Shown here in pieces: positions 1 through 15,016 of a stretch of DNA of 64,000 bases. Under the pieces are notes generated by a model that saw nothing but the letters and a program-made list of their open reading frames with translations, did not search any database and was not told the origin of the DNA. This stretch comes from the human T2T-CHM13v2.0 reference genome, Homo sapiens, in assembly GCF_009914755.1 (NCBI RefSeq), contig NC_060932.1. The stretch is one strand, 5' to 3'. The translations under genes and the position numbers were made by a program. Within the stretch, counting starts at the first letter, position 1; each line of letters begins with the position of its first letter.

Positions 1-789
1 GACCGGCTGGCACACTGGCACCCAGCAGTTGTTGGTCCATCCACCAAGACGTCACACCAGGAAGGTCAACCAGAACCATCCCTTTTTCGGCCCAAAGCTG
101 GTCCTGGTGTATCATGGGAGGCCTCCCTGGCCTGAGGGCTGTTCCAGGTCCAGATAGGGCACGTCTTCCACTAGGCTGTCAAAGGTCACCTGCCAATAAC
201 CCCCCAGCCTATGTACCTTTGCATGGGCCTTGATACCTCTCTGATCCTTATAAAATGAGTGGAGCTGAACACCATCAGGTCCAGACTTGCAGCCATAATT
301 TCCCTGGCCTTCACCCTGCCTGACTGAAGCTGTTTTGTTGTGTTAGGACACAGTCGTGCATGAGGCTCCACGCCTGGCGCCTCCAGGAGCCACGAGTATT
401 ATGCAGGGCTCGTACACTGCTGCCTGCGTGAGAAGGGCCAGAGTTTGTGCGGTAGGCCTCATGTTTCTCCCTATTAGCCTTGGGCCTGCAGAAGAACCTG
501 CCACAAGACATTCATCTCTTATAAGACTGAAGACAGGACGGAAAGAAGAGAGAGAGAGAGGAGAGAGCAGGTAGATAATGTTGCACGCCTTATGTCATCT
601 GATCCTCAATACAGCCCTAGGAAATAAAAAGAAAAATATTTATTAGTTCAGCTTAAAGACAGATTTAGCTCCAGCAGCTTCAAAGTAAGATCTTTCACCT
701 CCCAAAGCAGAGGTTCTATACAGGGGTGTGTAGCCGAGGATGTAAGTCACATATGTACCCAGTCATTACGCGCTGCAGCATCAGAGTCT

Positions 790-935
790 TCAGGAGGTTC
801 TCACCCCAGCTGCCCATCAAGATCACCCAGGGAACTTCAAAACCTACCAATACCTGGCCCTACCCCAAGATTCTGATGTAACTGGTCTAGGATGTGGCCT
901 GAGCACCAGGATATTTAAGCAGACATGATTTCTGA
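790..935. mobile_element. MER5-like hAT-Charlie MITE remnant
   Basis: ggttctcaccccagctgc..atcacccagggaactt..agattctgat..ggtctaggatgtggcctg resembles the MER5A/B consensus. Confidence 0.6.
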
Positions 936-964
936 TTTTAAAATATCTTTCTGGAGCATTAATG

Positions 965-1125
965 AATGGGAGAAGGAAATGAGTGGGGGCCCAAGAGAAA
1001 CCAGGCAGGAGGCCTAGATGAGAGATGATGGTGCCTTGGATCGGGGTGGTCATAGTGGAAAATGAGAGCGCTAGATGAACCGTAGACCTGATTTGGAGGT
1101 GGCACAGACAGTACGAGCTGGTGTG
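965..1125 (-). mobile_element. L2 remnant
   Basis: gagagatgatggtgccttggatcggggtggt..atttggaggt is typical antisense L2. Confidence 0.55.
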
Positions 1126-1383
1126 TGACTCTCTAAAGACTAGCATTTTCAAATGTGGAGCAGAGGCAGTCATCATCCTAACTGTGGCAATTTTGTGGAA
1201 ACTGAAGACAACAGCAGATCTTGGCCTTGTGAATCTTATGGGTCAGGGCTGAGAGTTCTAGCTCACTGCCCATTCCCAAGAAAGAGCAGCTCAGCTTCTC
1301 CGGGGCTGCTGGAGGAGCTTCCTAAGAGGTGGAGTGGAGTGAGATGAATGGCACAGGCTGCAAACCAAGCTCAGCTTGCCCAC

Positions 1384-1994
1384 TGTATTAGTTTCCAATG
1401 GCTGCTGTTAGAAATTACCACAAACTTAGTGGCCTAAAGCACCACAAGTTTATTCTTCTCTTTAATTTCTGGAGGTCAGATGTCAAAAATCAGATGCACT
1501 GAGCTAAAGTCAAGGTATTGGCGGGCCGGCTCCTTCTGGAGGCTTCAGGGAGAATCTGTTTCCTTGCCTTCTCCGGCCTCTGGTGTCCACCTGTGTTCCT
1601 TCTCCATCTTCAAAGCACATCACACCAATGTCTGCTTCCATAATCACATTGCCTTCTCCTTCGTAGTCAAAACTCCTGCCTCCAGAATCGCTTGAACCCA
1701 GGAGGCGAAGGTTGCAGTGAGCTGAGATCGCGCCATTGTACTCCAGCCTGTGTGACAAGAGTGAAACTCCATCTCAAAAAGAAACCTCCTGTCTCCCTCT
1801 CATAAGGACACTTGTGGTTACATTTAGGTCCCACTTGGGGAATCCAGGATAATCTCTCCATCTCAAGATCCTTAATCACACTGTCAAATTCCCTTTTCAC
1901 GTCATCCAAATCCCTTTGCCGTACAAAGTAAGATTCCCAGATTCCAGGAATTAGGACCTGGATATCTTTGAGGACCATTTTTCAGCCTACCACA
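1384..1994 (-). mobile_element. MLT1 (MaLR) solo LTR interrupted by an Alu fragment
   Basis: tgtattagtttcc..aaattaccacaaacttagtggc..ggagaatctgtttccttgcc..ttcagcctaccaca. Confidence 0.85.
1684..1784 (+). mobile_element. Severely 5'-truncated Alu (3' ~92 nt + short tail) with TSD
   Basis: agaatcgcttgaacccaggagg..actccatctcaaaaa. TSD aaaactcctgcctcc / aaacctcctgtctcc. Confidence 0.9.
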
Positions 1995-3036
1995 CCCTGG
2001 GTCCTGTGTAAAGAGATGCCGAAACACAGCCTCTCGGTGTGGTTTGAATCTGAGTGGTTTTTGTCTGGGATTTAACTGGCTTCAGTGAATGGCTTTGTGG
2101 AGGACATTCTATCAGAGAATAAGAGTAAACCTTCACCATTTATCCAAGGCTTTGAGATAAAGGGAAGTCTCTTCGAGGTAGAGATGAAAGGCGTTCAAGG
2201 GAAAGCTGCAAAGGGTGGCCTGGAGGCGGGGATGGAGGGTAGAATGGAGAAAGATCTGACAGACAGAATCTAAGAACTGCTGAAAAGCCCTGTCTCGCCC
2301 TGATCTGTGCCTGGGGAGCAGAGAAATCTCATTCCTCTCCCAGCTCCAGGAAGATGGAGTGTGCACGAATCACCCACAAGGAAGGAAATGAAAAGGTTAC
2401 ACCAAGAATTGTCGATATTATAAATCCCTGTAGTCTCGCAGCCTCTCTAAATGTTTTGATAGCAGAATTTGATGGATTGTAAATCAGAGCAGGCTTATCT
2501 TAAACATTTGATAGTGCCTTATTTATTTATGTATGTGACACATAAAACCAGAATTGATTGTTTCTTCTTTCTGTCTTAGCAAGATTTTTTTTTCTGCTTT
2601 CAGAAACACATCACTCTTCTCTAAGCCCTGGTTTTCCGTGTTTGTGGGCGTGTAGGTGTGTGTGCTTGTACATGGTGGCAGCTGTTACGATTCTTTCCAC
2701 ACGGAGAAAGAATACTTTGCCTGGGAGAAGATTATAACATCAGGAATTAACAGAAAAAATAAGAAAGCCGCTATGCTTCAAAATATGTCTTAATCTTATT
2801 GCTTTAAAAAAAAATAAAACAAGATTATTGCTCAGAGAAAGAGGGAGATTAAAGGTGTTACAATGTGATCGGTTTATGATTTGAAACTTAGGTAGATACA
2901 CATACAAAGACAATTTCCTGACTTTCCTGGCTCAGGGTGTAGAGTCATGGGTTACCTCAATCTCCTCAAATGGATCAAATTAGCCTCATTATCATACTCT
3001 TTCTCACACACTAATTTCAGCTTTACAATACATCTA

Positions 3037-3155
<119 letters not shown>

Positions 3156-3194
3156 TTAATTAATTAATCATCTATTGGGGCTGCCCTCAAGTCA

Positions 3195-3440
3195 TCATAA
3201 ACATTGCTACCATTTATTGCACGTTTGCAGGTACCTGGCATTATGATGGAGTCTTCACAAGCATTGTACCATTTAATCCTCACACCCCTATGAGGTGGTC
3301 ATTAGCTCCAGATAAATTTATTTATTATAAATAAACCAAATCTAGAAGCCATGTATCTTGCCAACCTCCTACAACTGGAAGTGTCGGATACAGCTGCAAT
3401 TCAAACCGTTCTGTACTGATTCTAAAGCTAATGGACTTAC
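3195..3440 (-). mobile_element. MIR
   Basis: catttattgcac..catttaatcctcac..tatgaggt core. Confidence 0.65.
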
Positions 3441-3645
3441 CCACTCAACTGACTTCTCAAGAATCAGTTCAGTTCAAAATATCCTGACCTTGACATTGAG
3501 AACAGACAGCCACCACCTCTGGAAGACACTTCACTCACCTGCCCAGGCAGGCCACAAACGCCTTGTAACAGTGGTGAAGCTCCTCTCACCATAATTATAT
3601 TCTGTTCCTCCCCAAATCTTGTGGTTGACCTTGACTAATGAATAG

Positions 3646-4176
<531 letters not shown>

Positions 4177-4568
4177 TGACTACTTCAAAAAGCCGTGTGC
4201 TATATAGTTTTTTTTATCCACTTTATAAAAACTATTATTTGGGATTAAAATTTCTTCTAATATTTGATCTGGACTCACAGATGACTTTTTTTCCTCTCTC
4301 TGTGTCTTTTTTTTTTATCTATTTGAAGCTCTTATCTCATATTTATCTATTCCTGAATTGTCTTAAGTAAGAGAAAGAAAAACTTATTTCCATTATAAAA
4401 CCACTGAGGAGCTTTGTTTTCATGCTGAAAAGGGAAAAGTACATTTCAGTGGAGCTTTTTAAGACCTTTCAAAAAAGTATCTTTGGGGAGAATATGAATT
4501 TTTAATAATAACTGAATAATTTGAAAATTATTTGCAATGAACATAAAATTGTCACGGGTCGTCAGTGA

Positions 4569-4984
<416 letters not shown>

Positions 4985-5739
4985 GAGAGTCACTCTTTAG
5001 TCACCATCACATCATTTTGAAAACCTCTCTGCATAGCACTTACCACTCTAAGTTCTTTGTTTTCTGGTTACTTTCTGTCTCCCCTCCTAGATGGTAGACT
5101 CCTTGAAGGCAAGAATCTTATACCTTATTCCCTGAGTATCTAAGGCAGTGTCTGGCACATAGCAGGCATTCAAGAATGAATGAATGAATGGACAAATGAA
5201 CGAGTGAATGCCTGAGCTATGTTTATATTTCTATGTCCGAAAAGAAAAAAACAACGATAGATCTGCTGTAGATCCCTTTTAAAACACCAGGAATGTTTGA
5301 AGAAGGGAACAGAGTGGTAAGATGCAGATTGCTGGCGATGAGTGCCTCTCACAGTTCACTCCCAGTTTGTGCAGGGAGGTGTTGAAGACAGGGATGACGT
5401 GATCAGATTCGTGTTTAGAAACATGATGTTCAGCCATGGCATCAGTTGCGAGGTATGGGGCAGCAAGCAATCTGCGGCTAAAAATAAAGCCTTGAAGTTT
5501 GTGAGTGGCTTACTTTTCTTGATTGGCAAGGTTATTCCTGTTAAAATGCAATCCCACTCATGTCCTGAGATTCTTAAGGAAGAGGGAATGGTGTGGGGTT
5601 AGAACCAACCCAAGAATGACAGGTAACCCTGAGAGAATGTTACAAATAGGCATCCCAGCAACCATGCTGTCGTGGCAGGAAAAGGCTGAGAACTGCTGTT
5701 TTAGAAAGGAATGGTGGCAGCGAGGAGGCTGGCCTGAAA

Positions 5740-6150
5740 CTCTGTCTGTCGGGATGTTTTCAGTTACAAGTGACAGAAAACCCCATCAAACTGGTTTAAA
5801 CAAATTGACACTGTGGAAAAATCTGTGAGTCTGTTGGACTGGGACACAGTGGAATTCAGTGGGACATCATCAGGACTGGTTCTCTGCATCTCTCAACTCA
5901 GCCTTCAGCTCAGCGCCCAGGCATGCTCTCCTCCGTCGTGGCGAGATAGCCACTGGTGCCTCTTGGCTTCTATCCAGTGCCCTCAGCAACTCCACCAGAA
6001 AGGAGCACATTCGTTCTCCCAAGGGTTCCAATAAAAGCCCAGAATGGAATCCCACTAATTCTGACTGCTGTACTTGGATCAGGCTGTTCCTTAATCACTC
6101 ACTGTTCCTGGAGACAGTGATGTTCTCACTGGGCAGGACCAAGTCACATG
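5740..6150 (-). mobile_element. Old MLT1-type LTR remnant
   Basis: tcagttacaagtgacagaaaaccc..aactggtttaaacaaa motif. Confidence 0.55.
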
Positions 6151-6733
6151 TGCAGTGCCAGAGGTTCCACCTGGGCCAGGCATGGGTAGGGGTCTTTCTC
6201 TAGAAAAACTGGATGGCCATTGCCAGAAGAGGAGGAAAAGGGCACTAGGTAGGCAATGCCTGCATCCAACCGGGGAGGCCCAGGGCTCAGGCCAGGTGCA
6301 GCACTCACTGCAGTTGTGGAGGAAAGCCCCGAGGAGGACCTGGGGCAGAGCAATGAAGAATTAGGAGACCTCATGGAAGCAGAGTCAGGAAGGCCTGGGG
6401 CATAGCAGACTCCAGGATGGGGAAGAAGTGGAAGAACCAGTGCTATCCCGGTTTCCAGCCTGAATGACTGAGTCGATGCTGGTGCATTTGTTTGGAATAA
6501 GGAACATTACAGAAAGATCAGGTTTGGCAAGCAGGTGAACTTGATTCTAGATATGTTAAATCTGAGGTCTATGTGAGAACCCCCACTCCTTCCCCCAGTG
6601 GTGATCATAGATGCACACGGCATGCACTTGGAAGAGACTCCAAAAATCATCCAGCTCAGCTGCTGCCAAGTTCTCCTGGTGGGGATAAGTGAGTAGACCT
6701 TGCTCTCCAAGTGAAATTGGATCGTCTATTATC

Positions 6734-7386
<653 letters not shown>

Positions 7387-7708
7387 TATGTTTCCTGGTT
7401 TTCATGAATTATTCTGACTTTGTTAAGCTTTCAGTGGAGAGTGGCCACTCCAGCCTTTGTCCAGTTATGAATCCATCTAGTCCCTCCTGTCTTCTTGCCA
7501 GCCGCCTGCAGCTGGGAAGGAAAGTCTGGGGCTCTGGAGTGGAAGGGCCAGGGCTAGGAATGTTGGTTTGGTAGATATCTGCAAGGACGAGCTCAGATCT
7601 TTGGGATGGATGAGTTCACCAAGAAGGATGGAGAGGAGACGGATGAGAAGAGCCAAGGGCATGGCGAGGCACCTACTGAGAACAGAAAAACAGAAGAGGA
7701 AGCTGAGG

Positions 7709-8005
7709 GGCCGGGCACAGTGGCTCACACCTGTAATCCCAGCACTTTGGGAGGCTGAGGCAGGCAGATTGCCTGAGTTTGAGAATTTAACACCAGCCTG
7801 GGCAACATGGTGAAACACTGTCTCTACTAAAATACAAAAAAAGTAGCTAGGCATGGGGGGATGTACCTGTTGTCCAAGCTACTCGGGAGGCTGAGGCATG
7901 AAAATTGCTTGAGCCGAGGAGGCCAAGGCTACAGTGAGCTGAAATCACACCACTGCACTCCAGCCTGGGCAACAGAGCAAGACTCTGTCAAAAAAAAAGA
8001 AAAAG
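7709..8005 (+). mobile_element. Alu (J/S) within L2 remnant
   Basis: Full dimer with A tail. Confidence 0.92.
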
Positions 8006-10101
8006 AAGGAGAAGAAGAAGAATCGAGATCAAGAAGCAGCAGCCAGTAGAGGTGTTTTGAGGATGGCACTGCAGAGTCAGTGATGGGGGATATATTTGGC
8101 AGTTTAAGATAAAATTGTCAACAGAGCTGGGAGGGCAGAATCCACAGAGGTGAGGGGTGAAGCATGCAGTAAGAGAAGCGGTGAGCAGGTGTAATCATAA
8201 ACTTCCTTTGAGAATTTTGATGGTAAAATCATTTTAACAACAGGTACCCTCTGTTGTGAGCTCCAAGCTCATCAAGGATCAGGCACAGAACCAAATATAC
8301 TCAAATTAGCTCACTGGATACTCTCAGCTGCCCTTTGATGTGGCTACCATTTTCATCCCCATGTTACAAATGGAAAGGCTGAGGCTTCAAAGGATTGGTG
8401 GAACATGTCCAGGGTCTCTCACCCGTGGCGTGGAACCAGACCTCGAAGGCACGTCTCCCACTCAGGAGCCTGACTGAGCTCTTCACCTCTGCCATAGGAT
8501 GAAGGATCTGATATAATGATGTGTAGATGGTGGTGGAATCGAGCCGTCATGAGAGATTTAGCCTTGCTTTTCATGTTTGCTTTGCTTTGCTTTGTTTGCC
8601 TTTTTATGGAAACAGCAACCTGAGGTGTTTGTAACCCAAAGGGAAGGGGACCCAGTGGAGGGAGACAGGAGTTGACAGAACCCATGAGTGCTGAGCTGGA
8701 GGCCTGGTGGAGGGATTAGCCTTTTAACAGGGAGACCAACTACCTCCTCCTAACCAACTGGAAAGCAAAGAGATGCTTGGAGATGGAAAAGGTGAGCTGC
8801 ATCTCAGCAAGATACAGGGCAAAATCTACTAAAACAGAGAGGCGAAGTTGGGAAATTCATATTGGAACAGTTACACAGGAAATTTAAGAGGTAGGAACAA
8901 AAGATGAGTAAGAAAAAAATCTCAGAGCGGCATGACCAGGTGAGATGAGCTAGCAGAAGTACGCAGCACCTGATACAGTGCCTGCCCACTGAAAGGCGCT
9001 GTAGAGGAAAACGGGGTCTGATGGGGAGGAGGGGTGGAGCAGTCCTTCTGAACATCAGTTTGCCAATCCCCTCACCACTCACACTAGCTTACTAATCAAA
9101 GTTATCCTGTGATTAGTCCCAGAACACATCAGTGTCAAAGGTCCTCATTCGGGCCAGTTCTGCAGGTGAAGGTTCACCCTATTTTACAGCTGCAGGAACT
9201 GAGGTTGGCCATGGTGAATTAACATGCAGCATTTGGTATTCTCTGGCTTGCATGTGGGTTTGGGGGTTGTGAGATGGGCACTAAGGCTGTGGCCAGAGAA
9301 AAGTGGACTCCTAGTAAGTAATGAAGCCAGGATTCAAACTGGGGGTGCTGGCTTCAGCCTGTGCCCCACTTCTACTGACCTGGTGAGCACTAATGCTGAG
9401 CACTGATGGAGAACAAGGCCCCTGGAGGCCAAGGCTTTACCTATTGAAGGGTAGGAAGGGTCTGAGCTTTGGAATTCATTGGTTTGGAGTAAATGAGTAA
9501 ATTCGGGGCTCCCGGTTCACATGGGTCCAGACCCGGTCTACCTTCTCAGGCATCAGTGGCTTCCTCTGCCCCTGAGTTCTGACTGCCCTGTCTGAAGCCA
9601 CCACCCCATCCCACCTCTGGCAGGACACCCAGCCTCCTCTCAGGGCCCCGTGTCACCCAAATGTGTGGTGATGCTCACACAGCAGGCGGCGTGAAGCAGC
9701 CACAGACCTCACTTCAAACTTCCATGGGCCACTCATGAAGCTTTTTTGGTTAGAAAGGATCATGTCAGCTTTCTTCCTAACAAGAGCTTCTCAGAGCAGC
9801 ATGTTGAAAAAGACATCACAATTCAATTAAAATCTTCCTCCTTTGAACACTCCCAGAGGGGCAAGGCCACTTGGAATTTGTGAGAAATCTAATTTATAGA
9901 CACAATATCAGGAAATAGAATTGTTAACAATGAACAACTGTGTGTCATAGGGATCAAGCAGCAGGCATGGAGCCAGGATTATCTAGGTTCTACCCTCTTC
10001 AGCAAGCCATCGAACCTCTCTGAGCCTCAGTTTCCTCATCTGTAAAATGGAGATCACAGCCATCAGTTGGTGTTCTGGGAATAATAGAGATTGTGCATGT
10101 A

Positions 10102-10489
<388 letters not shown>

Positions 10490-12132
10490 TTAAAAATGTG
10501 TCCGTTTGAGCAACTAAGCAATACAAAAGGTTAAATCACAAACACAGATAACAGGAAATTGCTTCTTATGTCTCAACTTTCCCAAATCACCAACTCTGTT
10601 TCTGTGGATCGTGTTTATAAAGATGTTTTATGCTATGTTATCAAGCAGCCAGCATTCTGTTTTCCTTTCTTTTCCAGGATTATAATTTTGTACAGTTCTT
10701 CCCCCGTTTCTACCTCGTCCTCCAAATTGTCTGTCATTCCCTTTGGGAGTATTAATACAGTTATTCTACTCTTCGGCATGGCAGGGAGCTTTGGCTGTTT
10801 GTAGTTTTAGTTGCAGCAAAAAAAAAAAAAAAATGTAGCTGTGAACATCTCTGTGTCTTCATGGGACAGTGTGTTTCAGCCCAACCAGTTCTGAATTAGA
10901 AGAAGCCAAGTGATGTCTTGATTCCAAAGGTAGCAAACAAGGCTGTGCCGCAGTTGCGTGACTTCTGATTAAAAATATACATTCCCAGGCTCTGCACCTG
11001 GAGGCTTGGGTGTAGTAACTCTGGACTGAGGTTCATGAATTGGTATTTTTACAAAGCACTCCAGGTGACGTGTGATGGTTTGGGAGCCACATTATAAGCC
11101 CAACTCCAAAATTCAAATTTGGATTAAGATAAAATGGAGAAAAATCAGAAAACTCAGGAATTAACTCTCAGTCACCAGTGACCTTTCAAAGGCAATTCTG
11201 TTTAACAGAAGAGAAAAATGGAGGCAAGGATGGAAACAGATGAGAAGAGAGCTGGGTTGCTGGAGCTCAGAGTAAAGCCCAGGCCTTCTGCTTTGCAGCA
11301 TCTAATTCCTCCTGCCCTGCCCCCACCCGTCACCATTGCCACAACATATCTACCCAGGAGAATGCCTTCTCGGGGGGTGTCATGTTGTGATTTTAAAACA
11401 CAAAGGAGCAATTCCTGCTCCCACCCCCTCAAAAAAGATCTACCCTTGATGAACTGAGGCAGAATCTGTTAACAGCCCTGTCAGAAGACCCCACAAAGCT
11501 AAAAGCATCCTTTTTGGTTTTGATGTCTTGTCAAGATGCTTCCTTTGAAAGCTCCCAGACAGCCCTGTTATTTCTCCTGACAGCCCTAGTGAAAAGCTCT
11601 GCGATGAGACGTGGCATCCCTGTCAAAGCCCAGAGGTGTGATTCCCTGAGAGCGAGCAGCTCTTGAGCATTCCCTGGGCTCAGAGCACTGCTGCCCTCTG
11701 GGTAGACCCCTGGGATCCCGGCTCTGCAGCTCCCTCTGGCCTCTGAACCCCCGAGGGCTTGAGATCCTCCACTGCAGGAGGCCTCTGCAGTCTGACTCCT
11801 CACCTCCCCCAGATGCATCCCTAGAGAGGTCAAGAGCGGAGCCATGTACCATCCTGACAGCCAGACTGTGAGCCAGCCACCTTGAGAAGTTTCCAGGGGC
11901 TGCTCTGGCAGTTTGATCCATTTTTTCCTTCTCCCAGGGGCTGCAGGCCACTTGTAGGGAAAGGTCAGGAAATGCCACCACCTGTCTCTGGAACTGACGG
12001 TGGTAAGGAAAAAGAACAAAGGATGCAGAGGAGAGTGCTTCTTGGGGAGCCTTACAGAGCCCTGTACCTTAAAGCTTGCTGCACCTGCGTAGTAGCATCC
12101 TCACCTGGGAGCCTGTTAGGAATGCACAGTCA

Positions 12133-12450
<318 letters not shown>

Positions 12451-13299
12451 TCATAGGCCCTACGCCAGACACACTGAATCAGCATCTGTATTTTAACACA
12501 ATCCCTAGGTCTACACGTAAAGTTCGTATCCCAGTTTTACTGCTCCAGGCTGTGTGACCTTGACCAAGCTCCTTAACCTCTCTGAGCCTTAGTGTCCACG
12601 TAGGGTTTCTGAGAAGTGAAACTTAGCACTTGGCATACACTAAGGCTTTGGTGAATGTTGGCTGTCATTATTGTTGGGGAATTGATTAAGGGAGAATCAG
12701 CTGTCACATTCAAACCCCAATTGTTCAGCCATTCCATGGTAGGGAAGAGAGGCCAAACCCAACGGGCGAAAGTTCCAGATGAAAAGTGAAGAGCTCCCAG
12801 CATCTACTTAAAGGAGAAACTTGGAGGTGGGTGGGAAGGATATCTCTCAGCAGCCTGGGCCTTGACTGTTTAATTTGGGGTTAGCTGAGATTATTGTTTA
12901 GCTGTCTGGTTTGAGGGTTTGTTCTTCATTGATGTGCCTCTTTTCCCGCCAGCCCCACCCCACACCTTGAATCCAAGACCCCTCTGTTTCCAGGACCCTG
13001 CCCAAAAGGCTTTGACCCTCCCTTGCCTGCAGACCAAAATCCCAACTCCCTGGCGTGGCATTCCAGGCTCTTCGCCATCTAGCCCCAACCTAAGTTGTTC
13101 AGCCTCCTCTCTACCTCTGCCCTCACACCCCTGCCCCTTACCCCCAGTCCTTGTCATTCCTCAAATGTTTTCTTGCCTTCTGACTTGCTCATGCTGTCTG
13201 CTCTGCCTGGGAAGACTAGGTTCCTTTGATAGGAGTCACTCTCACTTTCCTCTACCTCCCAGAATTCTACTCCCCCTTTGAAGCCCTGCTTATCCAGGA

Positions 13300-13500
13300 G
13301 AGACTGTGTGGTGGTGTGCCAAGAACACAGGGTTTGGACAGACTGGTCAAATCCCAGCTCTGCCATGAACTAGCTGTGTGACCTTAGGTGAGACATTTAC
13401 CCTCTCTGGTCTTGGTTCTTTCATCTGCAGATTGAGGGTAGTCACAGCTGCTTTGCAGAGTTGTTGTGAAGACTCACCAAGAAAGCATGGAGAATTTGCA
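13300..13500 (+). mobile_element. MIR
   Basis: tcaaatcccagctctgcc..tagctgtgtgaccttagg..ttcatctgcag. Confidence 0.75.
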
Positions 13501-13934
13501 TTAATAGTAGCTATTACCATTTTATTTCTAAGAAGAGGAAAGTTGCCTCCCCTGGAAAGCCTTTATCTACCCTCCCCCAACCCTGCCCTACAAAATTAAG
13601 TATAGCCTCCTCTCTGTTTCGTAAACTCTTTCTCCTTCTTGTATTTGCAACATCCACACGTTCCACTGTCACCTTCTCAAAAAGGAAGTCGCTGACCACA
13701 CTGCTTAAAACCTCAAGTGGCCCCGCTCTACACTTTTAATGTGTTCCCTGCCTTACTCTCCTCCATGGTGAGCTCTCCACGAGCCGCAATTTCTGTCCAT
13801 CCACCGCTGTATCTTCGGCAACTAGAACAGCATCTGGCACCACTAGGTGCTCTGTCAGTGTTTGTCGACTGCAGGAACCAATCACTTTGTGTGCCATTGA
13901 AGGGTGTCTAGATGGCAGTGCCCTGCCCAACAGT

Positions 13935-14334
13935 TGTAGGATGCATTATGCTCCCCTAAAATCCATATGTTGAGGTCCTAACCCCCTATGCCTCCGAATG
14001 TGACTGTATTTGGAGATAGGTAATTAAGGTAATTAATTACCCTAACTCCAAGGTTACATGAGGTCATGAGGGTGGGCCCTAATCCAATATAACTGATGTC
14101 ATTATAACAAGAGGAGTTTAGGAAACAGACTCCCACAGAGGGAAGACCTCAGAAAGACACAGGAGGAAGACGGTCATCTCCAAGCTAAGGAGAGAGGCAC
14201 CTGAAGAACCCAACCCTGCTGGCACCTTGATCTCAGACTTCCAGCCCGCAAAACTGTGAGAGAATAAATTCCTGTTGTCTAAAGCCACCCAGTCTGTGGC
14301 ATTTTGTCATGGCAGCCCTAGCGAACTAATGTAC
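13935..14334 (+). mobile_element. MLT1A/B solo LTR
   Basis: catatgttgaggtcctaaccccc..tgactgtatttggagatagg..gagagaataaattcctgttg..gcagccctagcgaactaat. Confidence 0.85.
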
Positions 14335-14977
14335 CAGCTACGAACTCCTTGAGGACAGAGCTGTGGTGTCTTCATCTGTGCACCCCCAGCTGTCCACAGG
14401 GTTCTGGCTCATACTCATACTCAGTAAGCAAGGGTCTAATTGAGTTGCATTCCACTTGCAACAGGGAGGGTAATGATGGAAGAAGCACCTTGTGGCGAAG
14501 GGAAGAGCCTTGCACAGACACCAGAAATGGCCTTTTTGTCATTGTCTATGTAGACTGATCATTTCTCTTTTATATAAACCCTGTCTCTGCAAAAAAAAAA
14601 AAAAAAAGGCATGTATTCCGAGGCAATTTATTCCAAGGCATTGTTATGGTCTCATTATGGTTAGGGTTTCTTTGAGGGGCATAGCAAATGCTGCAGTGGA
14701 TAAAAGGAAAACTGAGTCGAGATCAAAAACATGTAAAGGCAGCAAGGGTGTATTTGGAGCTCCAGGATCGTTTCCATGTAACATGCACTTGTCACACTCT
14801 TAGTTATCCCACGAGGAGCAGGACTTCAGACAGAGAGGGGCAACACAGAGAATAGCTGTCTTACCTCCCCTCCCTTCTCTTGGGAACCAGAATCTTAAAC
14901 AAGTTTGCTTAGTTCTGACTTGTTCAGGCAACCTCCTGAGGGCAGGGATGTTTCTTGCTCCAGATAAGGGATGGTCT

Positions 14978-15016
14978 GTCTACAGCCATACCACCCTGAA
15001 TGCGCCCGATCTCGTC
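14978..15016 (+). pseudogene. 5S rRNA 5' fragment (nt 1-39), tailless retropseudogene
   Basis: GTCTACAGCCATACCACCCTGAATGCGCCCGATCTCGTC matches 5S rRNA nt 1-39 with two CpG-type changes, flanked by 16-nt direct repeats (13/16 identical). Confidence 0.9.

Noticed and set aside
11531-12019. 162-aa and 131-aa ORFs in unique sequence
   Set aside because: No homology or domain that I recognise and no clear splice signals. Length is compatible with chance in GC-richer DNA.
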